From positions 294,014-358,013 of the forward strand of contig JBEPZY010000004.1 of the NCBI GenBank assembly GCA_041640595.1: a stretch of 64,000 nt of DNA, written 5' to 3'. This document shows, piece by piece, positions 9,957 to 20,741 of the stretch. Within the stretch, counting starts at the first letter, position 1, and the number at the start of each line of letters is the position of its first letter. Under the pieces are notes generated by a model. It was not told where the DNA came from and made no database searches. It saw only the letters and a list, made by a program, of their open reading frames with translations. Made by a program: the position numbers and the translations under genes. Origin of the DNA: Gemmatales bacterium. Its GTDB lineage: Bacteria > Planctomycetota > Planctomycetia > Gemmatales > HRBIN36.

Positions 9957-10140
9957 CCACCGGAACAAAATTGCCCGGCGTGCGGAAAGCGTCAAAAGCC
10001 CGGCGAGTGTGTTGCACACGGGTGGGGGAGCAGCTGGCAAGGACACACACCGTAACAAAATTGCCCGGCGTACGGAAAGTCGCCAAAAGCCCGGCGAGTG
10101 TGTTGCACATGGGTGCAGAAGCAGCTGGCAAGGATCACAC
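9957..10140. repeat. ~90 bp tandem duplication abutting the DUF1501 stop codon
   Basis: AACAAAATTGCCCGGCG...GCAGCTGGCAAGGA starting at 9964 and 10054. Confidence 0.85.
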
Positions 10141-11544
10141 CAGGATAGAGCGAATGACCTTGCCGCGGCTGATGGCGAACGTGCGACCCTGGGCATCGCG
10201 GAATTCGCCATGCGGATCGAGACCCAGACAGTGGAAAATGGTGGCGGTCAAATCTTGCGGTTCGACGCGACCTTCCTTCGGATAGGCACCGCTTTTATCG
10301 GAGGCGCCATAAACCACCCCGCCGCGCACGCCTGCACCGGCCAGCGCTACGGAAAACACATGGCCCCAGTGATCGCGACCGGCCTGGCGATTGATTTTCG
10401 GCGTGCGGCCGAACTCGCCCATCCACACCACCAGCGTTTCGTCCAGCAATCCCCGCGACTGCAGATCATCCAGCAAAGCGGAGCATGCCTGATCCATCGG
10501 TGGCATCAAAGCCGTCTTGAGTCGCTCGGCGTTTTTCGCGTGCGTATCCCAGACGGGAGCGTTGGACGAAGTGTCGTTCGGTTCGCGCGGCCAGTTGACC
10601 TGAACCAGACGCACACCCGCTTCGATAAGTCGCCGGGCCAGCAGCAGACTCTGCCCGAACTTATGCTGTCCGTAGCGAGCACGTAGTTCGGGAGGTTCCT
10701 GCGAGAGATCGAAAGCCCGCCGCCCCGCAGCGCCCCGCAACAGGTCAAACGCTTTTTGGGTAACGTGGTCGTATTGCGCGAGCATGCCCGTGCGCTCGAC
10801 CTGATCCAGGTGGCGATTGACCTGTTCCAGCAAACCCGCCCGCTGTTGCAAGCGTAGCGGTGGCAGTTCCGCAGGCAGGGTCAGTTCGGGAATCTGAAAA
10901 TTCGGCCCCGACGGATCGCAGACCAGTAACCACGGATCCGCAGAGCGTCCGAGAAATCCGGCGTCCTGACCGGGCCAGGGAATGTTGGGATTGTTGATGA
11001 TTCGTTCCGGCAGAGTAACGGCAGCCGGCAACCCTTTTCTGTCGCCGAGCAGTTTGCGTACCACCGCGCCGACACAGGGCCAGTTATTCGGCGGCCCGGG
11101 CTTGGCATTTTCCTGATTCATCGGTTGATGCGGATAACCCGTCAACATCCAGTAACCGCTGGCCGAATGGGCATTATCATTGGTGGACATAGCACGCAGG
11201 ACGGCCCAGAGATGGGCACGCTGAGCCAGTTGCGGCATGAGTTCGCCCACCTGGAGTCCGGGCACGGTAGTCGAAATCGCCCGCAATTCCCCGCGAATTT
11301 CTGCCGGTGCTTCCGGTTTCGGATCCCAGGTCTCGTGCTGAGGCGGCCCGCCAACCAGGAAAATGAGAATGCAACCTTTCGCCTTGCCAAAGGCGCGGTC
11401 ACTGGCGTTTGCCCAGCCCGCCGATGGTGCCGCCAGGAATTGAGGCAACGACAAACCCAGGGTCGTCAACGCCCCGACCTGCAACCAGTCGCGTCGGGTG
11501 ATACCATCGCAAAGCCGGCACGGTGAATCCTGCACCCGTAACAT
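10135..11544 (-). CDS. DUF1501 family protein (Tat-like leader)
   Basis: TRRDWLQVG, GGPPQHETWDPKP, WDTH, GEFGRTPKIN, GRDHW. Confidence 0.9.
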   Translation of the reverse strand: MLRVQDSPCRLCDGITRRDWLQVGALTTLGLSLPQFLAAPSAGWANASDRAFGKAKGCILIFLVGGPPQHETWDPKPEAPAEIRGELRAISTTVPGLQVGELMPQLAQRAHLWAVLRAMSTNDNAHSASGYWMLTGYPHQPMNQENAKPGPPNNWPCVGAVVRKLLGDRKGLPAAVTLPERIINNPNIPWPGQDAGFLGRSADPWLLVCDPSGPNFQIPELTLPAELPPLRLQQRAGLLEQVNRHLDQVERTGMLAQYDHVTQKAFDLLRGAAGRRAFDLSQEPPELRARYGQHKFGQSLLLARRLIEAGVRLVQVNWPREPNDTSSNAPVWDTHAKNAERLKTALMPPMDQACSALLDDLQSRGLLDETLVVWMGEFGRTPKINRQAGRDHWGHVFSVALAGAGVRGGVVYGASDKSGAYPKEGRVEPQDLTATIFHCLGLDPHGEFRDAQGRTFAISRGKVIRSILV

Positions 11545-11722
11545 GGCATTCGCTCCCTCGGCCACTTTTACCCCCGGCCGACAGCAAAAAGCAATGTCCG
11601 TAAGACAGCGCTCTGTCTATGAGATTGGCCACAGAGAGAGCGATGCTCCCCCTGTGGCCGTTTGTCTTTTTCGCAAGGGGTAACGAGCGCGTCGATCGCC
11701 AGTTTGTTGAATGCGCTCCGGT

Positions 11723-13042
11723 TTAGCCGATCAGGGCTTCGATAACTTTGCCTTCGCGGAAGAGCGGCATCGGTCGGCCCGTATTGGTGCGGAGTTCGTA
11801 ATGCGGATCGAGACCGAGCAGGCTGAACATGGTGGCGCAGACATCGTCCGGGGTGCACGGATTGGTAGCCGGCACCATGCCCTGAGCATCGGTCGAGCCG
11901 TATACGAATCCGCCTTTGAATCCGCCACCCGCCAGGAGGACGGCCATAGACCGGCCCCAGTGATCGCGTCCGGCCCGCTGGTTGATCTTGGGTGTGCGGT
12001 TGAACTCACCGGCCACATAGACGATCGTGCTTTCCAGCAAGCCGCGCTGAGCCAGGTCTTCGATCAGAGCCGAGACCGTGCGATCCACCGGCGGGAGCAG
12101 TCGCTGTTTGAGCGAGGTGAAGTTATTGGAATGCGTATCCCAGCCACCAGTCCCAATAGTTACGAAGCGGACGCCAGCTTCGATCAGCCGTCGCGCTGCC
12201 AGTGCAGCCTGGCCGAAACTATCCTGGCCGTAGCGAGCGCGGAGCGCTGCTGGTTCCTGGTCCAGGTCAAACGCTTTCTTGGTCTTATCGGAACGCAGGA
12301 TGTCGAGCGCTTGCTGATGGAAGCGATCCAGACCGGCGGCGAGGTCGGCAGCCTCGTCCAGGGTTCGGAAGCCACTGTCAATGGTTTCCAGCAACTTATT
12401 GCGATTTTCCAGGTCTTCCAGGGAAAAACCGGTCGGCAAGGAAATGCCGCGTACCCGCATGTTCTTGCTGCCGGGCTGGCCTTCGACTTCGAATGGATTG
12501 TAAGCCGTGCCAAGATAGCCACCACCGCCGGCGTTGCCGTTGCGCAGCAGGCCGAAGGTTACGTAAGGTGGTACGCCTTTCGGCGTGGGCAGCACTTTGG
12601 CGCAGATCGAGCCGAGCGACGGGTATTTCAGCGACAACGACGGCCGGTTGCCCGTGGTCATATACAGGGTGCCCAGCTCGTGGGCCCCGATGTTGTGATA
12701 GAGCGAGCGGACGATGGTGCACTTGTCCATGACCTTGGCCATCATGGGCAAATGCTCGCAAATTTCGATGCCCGGAACGTTGGTTTTGATGGGTTTGAAC
12801 TCGCCACGAATGCCTTCGGGCGCTTCGGGTTTGAGGTCCCACATGTCAATCGTAGCCGGGCCACCGGCGAGCCAGACCATGATGATACTCTTGGCCTTGG
12901 CACGAGCACGGGATTGCGGCGAAGCCTGCGCTTCCAACCGCAGCAATTCCGGCAGCGTCAGTCCCAGCAGACCGGCCGTGCCAATCTTGAGAAAATCCCG
13001 GCGATGGAAACCTTCGCAGTCAGTCCAGGTACGAGCGGCCAT
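11723..13042 (-). CDS. DUF1501 family protein (Tat-like leader)
   Basis: HRRDFLKIG, GGPATIDMWDLKP, GWDTH, GEFNRTPKIN, GRDHW; GAGGA upstream of ATG 13042. Confidence 0.9.
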   Translation of the reverse strand: MAARTWTDCEGFHRRDFLKIGTAGLLGLTLPELLRLEAQASPQSRARAKAKSIIMVWLAGGPATIDMWDLKPEAPEGIRGEFKPIKTNVPGIEICEHLPMMAKVMDKCTIVRSLYHNIGAHELGTLYMTTGNRPSLSLKYPSLGSICAKVLPTPKGVPPYVTFGLLRNGNAGGGGYLGTAYNPFEVEGQPGSKNMRVRGISLPTGFSLEDLENRNKLLETIDSGFRTLDEAADLAAGLDRFHQQALDILRSDKTKKAFDLDQEPAALRARYGQDSFGQAALAARRLIEAGVRFVTIGTGGWDTHSNNFTSLKQRLLPPVDRTVSALIEDLAQRGLLESTIVYVAGEFNRTPKINQRAGRDHWGRSMAVLLAGGGFKGGFVYGSTDAQGMVPATNPCTPDDVCATMFSLLGLDPHYELRTNTGRPMPLFREGKVIEALIG

Positions 13043-13160
13043 GGTACAGTCCTCACTGGCCCTGGAGGGATAGCGGGATGGTGGGAGCAATTGGCCAGGG
13101 CTTTCCCGCATGCTCCCGGTTTGGCCGACCCCCAACCCGTTGGGGCCGGCAGGAGGGTTG

Positions 13161-15572
13161 TCAATGGTTCAGCACAAATTCCCGCGAATTCACCAGCGCC
13201 CAAAGCAAATCGCTGAAGGCCGACTGCCGGCCTCGCTTCGCCAAGTGCGCCAGCGCTTCGCTTTTTTCCCGTTCGGTCGGATAGCGACACAGCGTCGCCA
13301 GGAAGAGTTCTTCCACAATCTCGGCGTCAGGCTTATTGGATTTGAGTAGCTGCGGCAAGCGACCGGTTTCGATTTTCCGCAGCACTGCTGTCTCGGTCAT
13401 CAAAAACAGGGTTTGCGGCAGGGCCGGTTCCGGGGAACGCTCGCATTCGCAGGTGGTCAATCGCTGCGGCCTGCCGAAGACCCGGAAAGCTAACGCCGCG
13501 GTAGTGTTCTGAGTCAATCGGTTCGGCGCCACTTCGATGGCCTTGATCCCGCGAGGCACATCCGGCCCGAAGTCCTCGCTGGTACCCAGAGCACAATTCA
13601 GCACGTCCACGAACACCTCGGCCATCATCCGCCGCGGATAGGCACGGGAATAGTTGTTCCGGTCGTGGACGTTGTACTGGTTGGGCTTGCTGCTTCGCTG
13701 ATAGGTCGCGGATTGCAAAATCGTGCGTTCGAGATGGCGGATGTCGAACTTGTGGGCAATGAAATCCTGGGCCAGTGCTTGCAGCAGCTTTTCGTTGGCG
13801 GGTGGATTCGCGGCAGAGAAACTGTCCACCGGCTCGACCAGACCCACACCGAAATAATGGGCCCATACCCGATTCACAAACGATGGGGCGAAATACGGAT
13901 TATCCGGTTGCACCAGCCAGCGGAACAACTGTTCGCGGCAGTCGCCATCGTAAGTGAATTCCGGGCCACCCGGGGCTTTCGGCGGCAGCATGTCGTTGGT
14001 ATCGGGATGCGGCAACCGTCGCAACGCTGTGTTATCTACGTAAATCTCCCGGATAGTCGGCAGCTGTTGCGGTTTGGCAGCACCCGCCTGTTTGCGAAGT
14101 TCCGCATTCGCCCTCTGGATCGCTTCTTGGGAGTCCCTGGGGATACCGAACTTCACCTGGGCAAAAATGTTGGCGTATTGCCGATAATCCACCTGCGACC
14201 AGCGGTCGAACGGGTGCTTGTGGCACTGGGCACACTCGATGCGAATGCCCAGAAATGCCGCTGCGGTATGTTCGGCCATCTCCTCGATCGGGAAATTGAA
14301 GTTGTTCCCCTGCACCCGCCGCCAGAACAGGTCGAGCGATTTGCGATCGGCATAGTTGCTCTCAAAGCCCTGACTGAGTTGCCGCTCGAATTCTACTGCC
14401 TTCTTGACATACTCCTCGGGCGGCAGACCATCGCGACTGGTGGCGCACAAAATACCGCGAACGATTTCGTCATAAGGAACATTTTCGGCAATGCGCTTGC
14501 GGAACCAGTCGTGCCAGGCTTTGGCTCGCCGTGGCCGCAGTTGAACCGGCTGCTCCATGCGATCCACGTTGTTGCCGGTAATATCGCAGAACTTGGTCGC
14601 CCACAGCGCGGCATGGAGCGGATGATGCAGCAACTCTTCGATCTTGCGGTTCCGCTTATCGGGACTCTTGTCGGCCAGGAACTGCCGCACTTCGCCCGGC
14701 GTCGGCAACTGACCGATCGTGTCAATATAGACGCGACGCAGGAACTCCTCATCCGAAGCCAGTTCCGACGGCACCAGGTTCAGCTTCCGAAGTTTCTCCA
14801 GAACCAGCTCGTCAATGAAATTGTGCGTCGGCACCCTGGGGAAAACGAATCCTTTTTCCACCGGCACCGGCAGGATCACTCGCGCTGTCGCCACCAGCCC
14901 GCGATAACCGACGATCACCACCGTGTCGCCCGGTCGCACGATTTTCACGACACCGCCAGGAGCCACTTCCGCCACATAATCGTCGAGGATGCGGTAGTCG
15001 GCAAACTGTGCCAGGTTTTCCTCGCTGCCGTCGCTGAAGCGAACCAGCAACCGGAACTGCTTTTCCTCACCGGGCTGAGCGAAAACATGCTCGGCCGGTT
15101 CCAATCGCATTCCCGCCACCTGTCGAGCACGGCTGGCCTGATCAAACGGTGCTCCCCGGGCAATCCATTCGCGGAAAATCCGATACTGCCAGGAGCCTTT
15201 CGCAAACCGCTGACTGCCCCCATGAGGAACCGCACCGGTGGCTTTCAGCAGCAGCAGGCTCTGATCAGGGTCCACGACATTGATTCGCCGACCGTTACCG
15301 TCCCGCGTGATGGCCAGGTAATCTTTCTCCGGCGAGTAACCGAACAGGCTCAGGAAGAAGCCACCCTTGCCCTGAAACGAACCGTGACAGCCGCCGGAAT
15401 TGCAACCGTGTCGGCTCAGCAAGCCCATAATGTGTTTAGCAAAGTCCGGCTCCTGGACGGTAGTGCCATCGGGTAGTTGGATTGGTTCGGCAAAAAGCCT
15501 GTTCGGCACGCTCAGCCACACGACAGCCAGAATGGTCCCGGCCAACCAGCGTCCAACCGCAGCGTTTCGCAT
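13161..15572 (-). CDS. DUF1549/DUF1553 domain protein
   Basis: Signal peptide, CNSGGCHG, EEFLRRVYID, CAQCHKHPFD, VNRVWAHYFGVG, WALVNSREF. Confidence 0.9.
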   Translation of the reverse strand: MRNAAVGRWLAGTILAVVWLSVPNRLFAEPIQLPDGTTVQEPDFAKHIMGLLSRHGCNSGGCHGSFQGKGGFFLSLFGYSPEKDYLAITRDGNGRRINVVDPDQSLLLLKATGAVPHGGSQRFAKGSWQYRIFREWIARGAPFDQASRARQVAGMRLEPAEHVFAQPGEEKQFRLLVRFSDGSEENLAQFADYRILDDYVAEVAPGGVVKIVRPGDTVVIVGYRGLVATARVILPVPVEKGFVFPRVPTHNFIDELVLEKLRKLNLVPSELASDEEFLRRVYIDTIGQLPTPGEVRQFLADKSPDKRNRKIEELLHHPLHAALWATKFCDITGNNVDRMEQPVQLRPRRAKAWHDWFRKRIAENVPYDEIVRGILCATSRDGLPPEEYVKKAVEFERQLSQGFESNYADRKSLDLFWRRVQGNNFNFPIEEMAEHTAAAFLGIRIECAQCHKHPFDRWSQVDYRQYANIFAQVKFGIPRDSQEAIQRANAELRKQAGAAKPQQLPTIREIYVDNTALRRLPHPDTNDMLPPKAPGGPEFTYDGDCREQLFRWLVQPDNPYFAPSFVNRVWAHYFGVGLVEPVDSFSAANPPANEKLLQALAQDFIAHKFDIRHLERTILQSATYQRSSKPNQYNVHDRNNYSRAYPRRMMAEVFVDVLNCALGTSEDFGPDVPRGIKAIEVAPNRLTQNTTAALAFRVFGRPQRLTTCECERSPEPALPQTLFLMTETAVLRKIETGRLPQLLKSNKPDAEIVEELFLATLCRYPTEREKSEALAHLAKRGRQSAFSDLLWALVNSREFVLNH

Positions 15573-15772
15573 GGGAATCCTCCAGGCGGGTCAGTAAAGG
15601 CGGGATGGTTTGCGTGGATAGGAGGCGATATTGCTAAGGCAGCTCGCTTGGCAGTCCGATCACTCTTTTGTATCTTAGTTCCTGGCGTTGCCAAGTCCAG
15701 TCCGGACACTTTTATCCGCTGTCTTTAACCCCATTCTCAGAAAAAAGTATCGGCAAAATTTCCCTGGTCAAG

Positions 15773-16978
15773 TCAGCGAAGCGAGTAGCGCAGTTCCAGC
15801 CGTTTTCCGTTACGCAGCACCTGCAGGGTAATGGTGTCGCCAACCAGATAATTCTGCCGCACGTAGGCCAGGAGATTTTCGCCTGGCCCCTGGAGGGTAA
15901 CACCATCCACGGCCAGCAAGACATCGCCGGGCTGCAGACCGGCCCGGATCAGCGATTCGTGCAACCGCCCGACCAACCGTAACGCGGCCTGCTGCTGTCT
16001 CAGTCCCAGCTGAGCTTTTTCCCCAGGCGAAAGGTCTTCTCCCGCTATGGGTAATGCTGGCAACAAATCCAGCAACGACGGTCGCCAGGTGATATTGGTC
16101 TTGCGCCACCCAGCTGAGACCCGCAATTCACCTTGCTGCACGTGCCCGTTTCGCTCCCAGATAATCGGAATGCTGCCCTGAGCCGGAGCTTTGTGCAGGG
16201 CATAGCTGACATCGGCAAAGGAAGCGACGGTATAGCCGTTGAGTCGAACGAGGCGATCTCCAGCACGCAGACCAGCACGAGCTGCCGGCGAATTTTCCAG
16301 GACCGCTTCAATTCGATCGCCGGCATCGTTGTCCAGCACCAGACCGACATTCTCCGGCAACGGGTAAACCCAGATACTGTCGCGTTGCCAGGTTCCGGCG
16401 GCCGATTCGGCGGCGCGGCGAAATTCGTTGATGTTGTGACAGTGGATGCAACCGCGATGCTGTTTGGCTGCGGGATAATCTTCAGCACGCAGCGGGCGGC
16501 CTGCTAAACGTGTTGGCGGAGGTGGCTGCCGATGCTGCTCCAGCGCCCGTTCCATTGCGTAGCGCAGCCCTTTCCAGGAAAACCGTGCTTCCGCGCCCCG
16601 CGCGTCTCGACCACCGTATCGCCCGTAAATGGTTTCGTCGGCGTTCAGGAAAAACGCATACCAGGTGACATCGTAATCGAACTCGAAGCGGCGCAGGTCC
16701 ATTCCTTCGATGCGCGTCAGACGCACGCGCACGAACTGCCGGGCCACTTCCGCAATTTCCGGATGCAGACGCACCACCTGGGCGTCAATCTCGGCGCAGT
16801 CCGTTCACGGCTCACAGCGAAACACCAAAAAGATCGGTTTGCCCGTCCGTCGCGCTTCCGCCAGCGCTGCTGGGTAACTCGTCAACCAGCCATAGCGACC
16901 AGCGTCCGGTTTCGCTGGCGCCAGGTTTCCCGCCAGGATCGCACAATAGCTGAAGATGGCAGCGTGAAAACAGCTCAT
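15773..16978 (-). CDS. Thioredoxin-like/PDZ (seleno)protein with in-frame TGA (16807-16805) probably read as Sec
   Basis: From ATG 16978: ...ALAEARRTGKPIFLVFRCEP-TGA-TDCAEIDAQVVRLHPEI, continuing in frame into ORF 15773..16777 (CIHCH motif, two PDZ-like segments); hairpin downstream of the TGA. Confidence 0.85.
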
Positions 16979-17066
16979 CGTCTGACTCCGGTCGGAAAGT
17001 ATTTGCCCGGGTCAGAGGCGCCATTTGTTGCTGTTGGGCCGCCCTCTCGTTTCGAGTAGTTTCGGT

Positions 17067-17750
17067 CTAAGGTTTGTCCTTTTTCTGGCCGGAATCCAGA
17101 ACTTCCAGGCGCACGATGGCCGGGCCGTGTCCGGTTGCCACCCATTCCAGGTGTACCTTCGCCCCCACGGGAGCAGCTCGCACAGCCGCCAGCACTTCAG
17201 GGATCGGTGCCTGCAGTTTCGGATCGAACTGCACGAAGTAGGCGCGGGGTTTTTCTTCGCCGGGAGCCAGCACCTCGATCACCACGTTTTTGCCCTGCTC
17301 TTTCTTGCTGCAAATGGTGCCGGTCACTTTGCCCGAACGCTGTCCGGATGGACTAACTCCAGTCGCTTCCGGTTTGCCCTGGCTGTGGTGAGGCGAATCA
17401 GCTTTCTTCAGGATCTCGAGTTTGACCACCCGCGGTCGTTCCTCGAACTCCCATTCCAGACGCACGCGGCTGCCGACCGGCGTGGCCCGAATATGTGCCA
17501 GCATCTCCTTATCGAATCCACCTCCCTGAGCAGGAGTTCCACCGCGCCAGTGCGGGACATAACGCCGGGCTTTTTCTTCACCGTCGGCCCTGACCTCGAT
17601 CCAGTTGTCCCCCTTTGCAGTAACTACGCCGACGACCGTGCCCTTGCGGTGAGGCGGTTTGTCGGGCTTGTCTTTCGCGGCGTCCGCTTGTGCCAGCAGC
17701 AAACCGGCGCCGCTCAGCAGAACCGATAGCACCACGGCAATCCGCAGCAT
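17067..17750 (-). CDS. Secreted hypothetical protein with two homologous beta-rich domains
   Basis: Signal peptide MLRIAVVLSVLLSGAGLLLAQA; internal repeat IEV...GEEK.R.Y...PVG..V.LEW; AAGGAG upstream. Confidence 0.75.
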   Translation of the reverse strand: MLRIAVVLSVLLSGAGLLLAQADAAKDKPDKPPHRKGTVVGVVTAKGDNWIEVRADGEEKARRYVPHWRGGTPAQGGGFDKEMLAHIRATPVGSRVRLEWEFEERPRVVKLEILKKADSPHHSQGKPEATGVSPSGQRSGKVTGTICSKKEQGKNVVIEVLAPGEEKPRAYFVQFDPKLQAPIPEVLAAVRAAPVGAKVHLEWVATGHGPAIVRLEVLDSGQKKDKP

Positions 17751-17914
17751 GGGTGGGACTCCTTGTTCGGGAGAGAATGCTGAGGCTATTGGGGCGGGAC
17801 TCAGGAACATTTTAGCAAAACGGACGACCGGTCGGAAAGGGCGGCCGCTCTCGGTCGCCACGACGGCGGCCGTGCGAAATATGCGTACTGCATCTGTGGA
17901 TTCGAGACGTTGGC

Positions 17915-18448
17915 CACGGTGCGCTGACACCCGCCGTTCTCGGGGGTGTCCGCTTGCCGCCAAAAGTCGCATTTTCCCCCGTAATCGTGCACCTCGCCAA
18001 CCACGGTGGGCTGACGCCCGCCGTTCTTGCGAACGTGCGTTTGTGCATCGCAAAAATCGTTATTTCGCCGGCAGACGTTCGCACTCCAACACAAGAGCGG
18101 GGGGCGTAAGCCCCCCGTGGCGCCTATAAACGCAATTGCAACGGCCATCCACGCACACGCACACCGTCGGCGATCTGCCGACGAACGACGCTCCTGTCCG
18201 CCGATACGCATTTGCCCGCCCACGGCGGGCTGACGCCCGCCGCTCTTGCGAACGTGCATTTGTGTACCGCGAATGTCGTTATTTTTCAGCCGACCGGCAC
18301 CGTGCAACAGGAGCGGCTGATGTAAGCCAGCCGTGGGAAACGTACCGAATCCGCAGATGGAAACGTGCCCGATCCGCAGGTGGAATACGCATATCACGCG
18401 CGGCGATCGCATTCCCCAACAGGAGCGGCTGCCGTAACCCAGCCGTGG
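17915..18448. repeat. REP-like palindrome cluster (about 6 copies)
   Basis: Alternating-orientation hairpins; spacers shared with 22130-22380. Confidence 0.85.
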
Positions 18449-18530
18449 TTTGCCGGTCGAATCCGCCAATCGTGAGAAGCCGTCGGTCATTGCAGCGTGA
18501 CTTCGCGGCATCGTAAAGCGCAAGCCGGCG

Positions 18531-18839
18531 TCATTCAACCGCCACCTGGATTTCGTCGCCGACGACACGCACCGGATAGGAACCGATTTTCAGTCGGGGG
18601 TTGTCGGCCCAGGCACCGTCGGCGAGACGGAAGCGCCAGGCGTGCCAGGGACAGGTAACAATGCCTTCCTCGACATAACCTTCCGCCAGCGAAGCCCCCA
18701 TGTGCGGACAGGTGTCGTCAATGGCGAAGTATTGTCCGGCATGGCGAAAAACGGCGATTAACTTGCCGTTGACCTCGACGACACGAGCCGATTCGTCCGG
18801 CAGGTCTTCGACACGGAGCACGGAGCGAAATTCCGGCAT
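18531..18839 (-). CDS. Rieske 2Fe-2S ferredoxin (NirD-like)
   Basis: CPHMG and CPWH Rieske ligand motifs; GGAGG upstream. Confidence 0.9.
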   Translation of the reverse strand: MPEFRSVLRVEDLPDESARVVEVNGKLIAVFRHAGQYFAIDDTCPHMGASLAEGYVEEGIVTCPWHAWRFRLADGAWADNPRLKIGSYPVRVVGDEIQVAVE

Positions 18840-18876
18840 CTCCACCTCCGAATCCGGGCCCATCTTGCCCGACCAG

Positions 18877-20205
18877 TTACGATTCCGCAACCGGTACGGT
18901 CTGGCCGATCAGGTAACCACGCAGGTCCTGGTAGATTTTATCGCAATACTCCTGCCAGCGCGGCAAGGGCATGCGGCCGATGTAGGTGATGAGCACTGTG
19001 ACCAGTAACCGCGACTGTTGTTCGGAGGCAGAGCGGAGGTGAAGCTCGACCTCAAACGGTTTGCTCGAACGCCCAAACAGTCGGCCGAAAAAGCCCACCT
19101 GATCGGAGACATCATAGGGCGAATTCTTTCCGCCCAGCCGCAGGATGAGTTGATCGTGGGAATGCCAGGCCAGTTCGCCATGGACGTCCTGCACGAAGCC
19201 GCGAATTTTGTGGGCAGCCAGGGCCGAAGGCATCCAGGCGATCAGCGTGTACTGCCGGCAGAACGGCGATCGCGGTGCACGCACCGGTGCAGCAGAACCA
19301 ACGGAGCCCGTCGCCAGGACTGACTGGTGCTCATCCGACGAGTGTGGCTGCGGTTCGCGGGCTTCCTGCAATGCCTGTTGAAACCGGCAGGCGACTTCCC
19401 AGGCGGAAGCGGGACGGTCTTCCGGACGTTTGGCCAGACAGCTGCGTACCACCGCTTCGATCTCAGGAGGGACAAACACTTCCTCGCTGCTCATCGGAGG
19501 CGGATCTTCGTGCGTGTGGGCCAGCAACACGTCAATGGCCGTCTCTCCGACGAACGGCAAGCGACCGGTCAGCATCTGATAAACAATCACCCCCAGACTG
19601 TACAGGTCCGCGCGATGGTCGAGCGGTTCGTTGCGGATTTGTTCGGGGCTCATGTAATTGGGGGTGCCGACCAGGGCCGATTCTGCTCCCTGCGCTGCCA
19701 AACTACCCGCCCAGCGAAACAGCTCCGCCAGGCCGAAATCCAGAATTTTCACCTTTTCGTAAGGCGTGCTGGCTTCCACGAGCATGATGTTGCTCGGTTT
19801 CAGATCGCGGTGGAGAATCCCGTGATTATGAGCTGCCTGCAGCACCTCGCAGAGTTGCCCGAGCAATCGCGCGACCCGACCGGGTGAAAAACGTCCCTCG
19901 CGCTCTAAAACCGCATCCAGCGGTTGGCCACGCACATATTCCATCACCAGACAGGGGCCCTCCGGCGTATCCAGAGCGGCATCGTAGAGTGTAACGGCAT
20001 AGGGATGCTGAAACCGCGCCAGCAAATACATCTCCTGCTGAAACCGTTCCCGAAAACCAGGATCGTGGGCCACTTCCTCGCGCATCAGTTTCAACACTAC
20101 CGAGCGCGGCAAATCGAGCTGTCGGGCCAGATAGACCCGCCCCATGCCGCCGCGACCGAGTTCCTGAACAATCTCATATCGCCCCAGCACGATCTGCTGC
20201 TGCAT
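18877..20205 (-). CDS. Ser/Thr protein kinase (cytoplasmic)
   Basis: GRGGMGRVY, VVLK, HRDLKPSN, DFGLA, GTPNYMSPE, DLYSLG. Confidence 0.93.
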   Translation of the reverse strand: MQQQIVLGRYEIVQELGRGGMGRVYLARQLDLPRSVVLKLMREEVAHDPGFRERFQQEMYLLARFQHPYAVTLYDAALDTPEGPCLVMEYVRGQPLDAVLEREGRFSPGRVARLLGQLCEVLQAAHNHGILHRDLKPSNIMLVEASTPYEKVKILDFGLAELFRWAGSLAAQGAESALVGTPNYMSPEQIRNEPLDHRADLYSLGVIVYQMLTGRLPFVGETAIDVLLAHTHEDPPPMSSEEVFVPPEIEAVVRSCLAKRPEDRPASAWEVACRFQQALQEAREPQPHSSDEHQSVLATGSVGSAAPVRAPRSPFCRQYTLIAWMPSALAAHKIRGFVQDVHGELAWHSHDQLILRLGGKNSPYDVSDQVGFFGRLFGRSSKPFEVELHLRSASEQQSRLLVTVLITYIGRMPLPRWQEYCDKIYQDLRGYLIGQTVPVAES

Positions 20206-20741
20206 GAGTTTTCCGCTGGCGAAATTGTGTTATCGTGATCCAGGCGACGCTGCTTTCTCGCGTTGCCAGTAACCTGCACGATGCGTACAAGTATAGCTCA
20301 GCATTTCCCCGCTGGTCGGGAACTTCCCTTGGTTCTCCCTAGAGGCAAGCGTTACGGCGTGCCCGAAACCTGCGTCCGTTCTGGTGGCCGTGATCGCTGG
20401 CAGATGGTAAGTCAAGGCGAATGTGTGGGTGGCCGAAGTGGCGTCGCCACTTTGCAACGGTGGACGCCAGGTGGTCAGCGGAGGCTGTTTACCAGTAACT
20501 TTGATCAGCGGGCTGAACAGCCGTGATCCGCTGCCGGGATCGGCGGAGGTCGGGCAATAGATGAATCGTTACTGGCGAGAGCGTGGTTGCACTTCCGCCA
20601 GGTGGCAGCCATTGTAAAATGGTACGATTCAACGCGAAATTGTGTCCCGGCGATAGGCCGGCCAGTCCACGCACACCTGCTTGTGTCGTGCCCCCTTCTT
20701 GCGGCACAAAAAGCAGCGGCGATTGCTAGGCGAGGTCTGTC

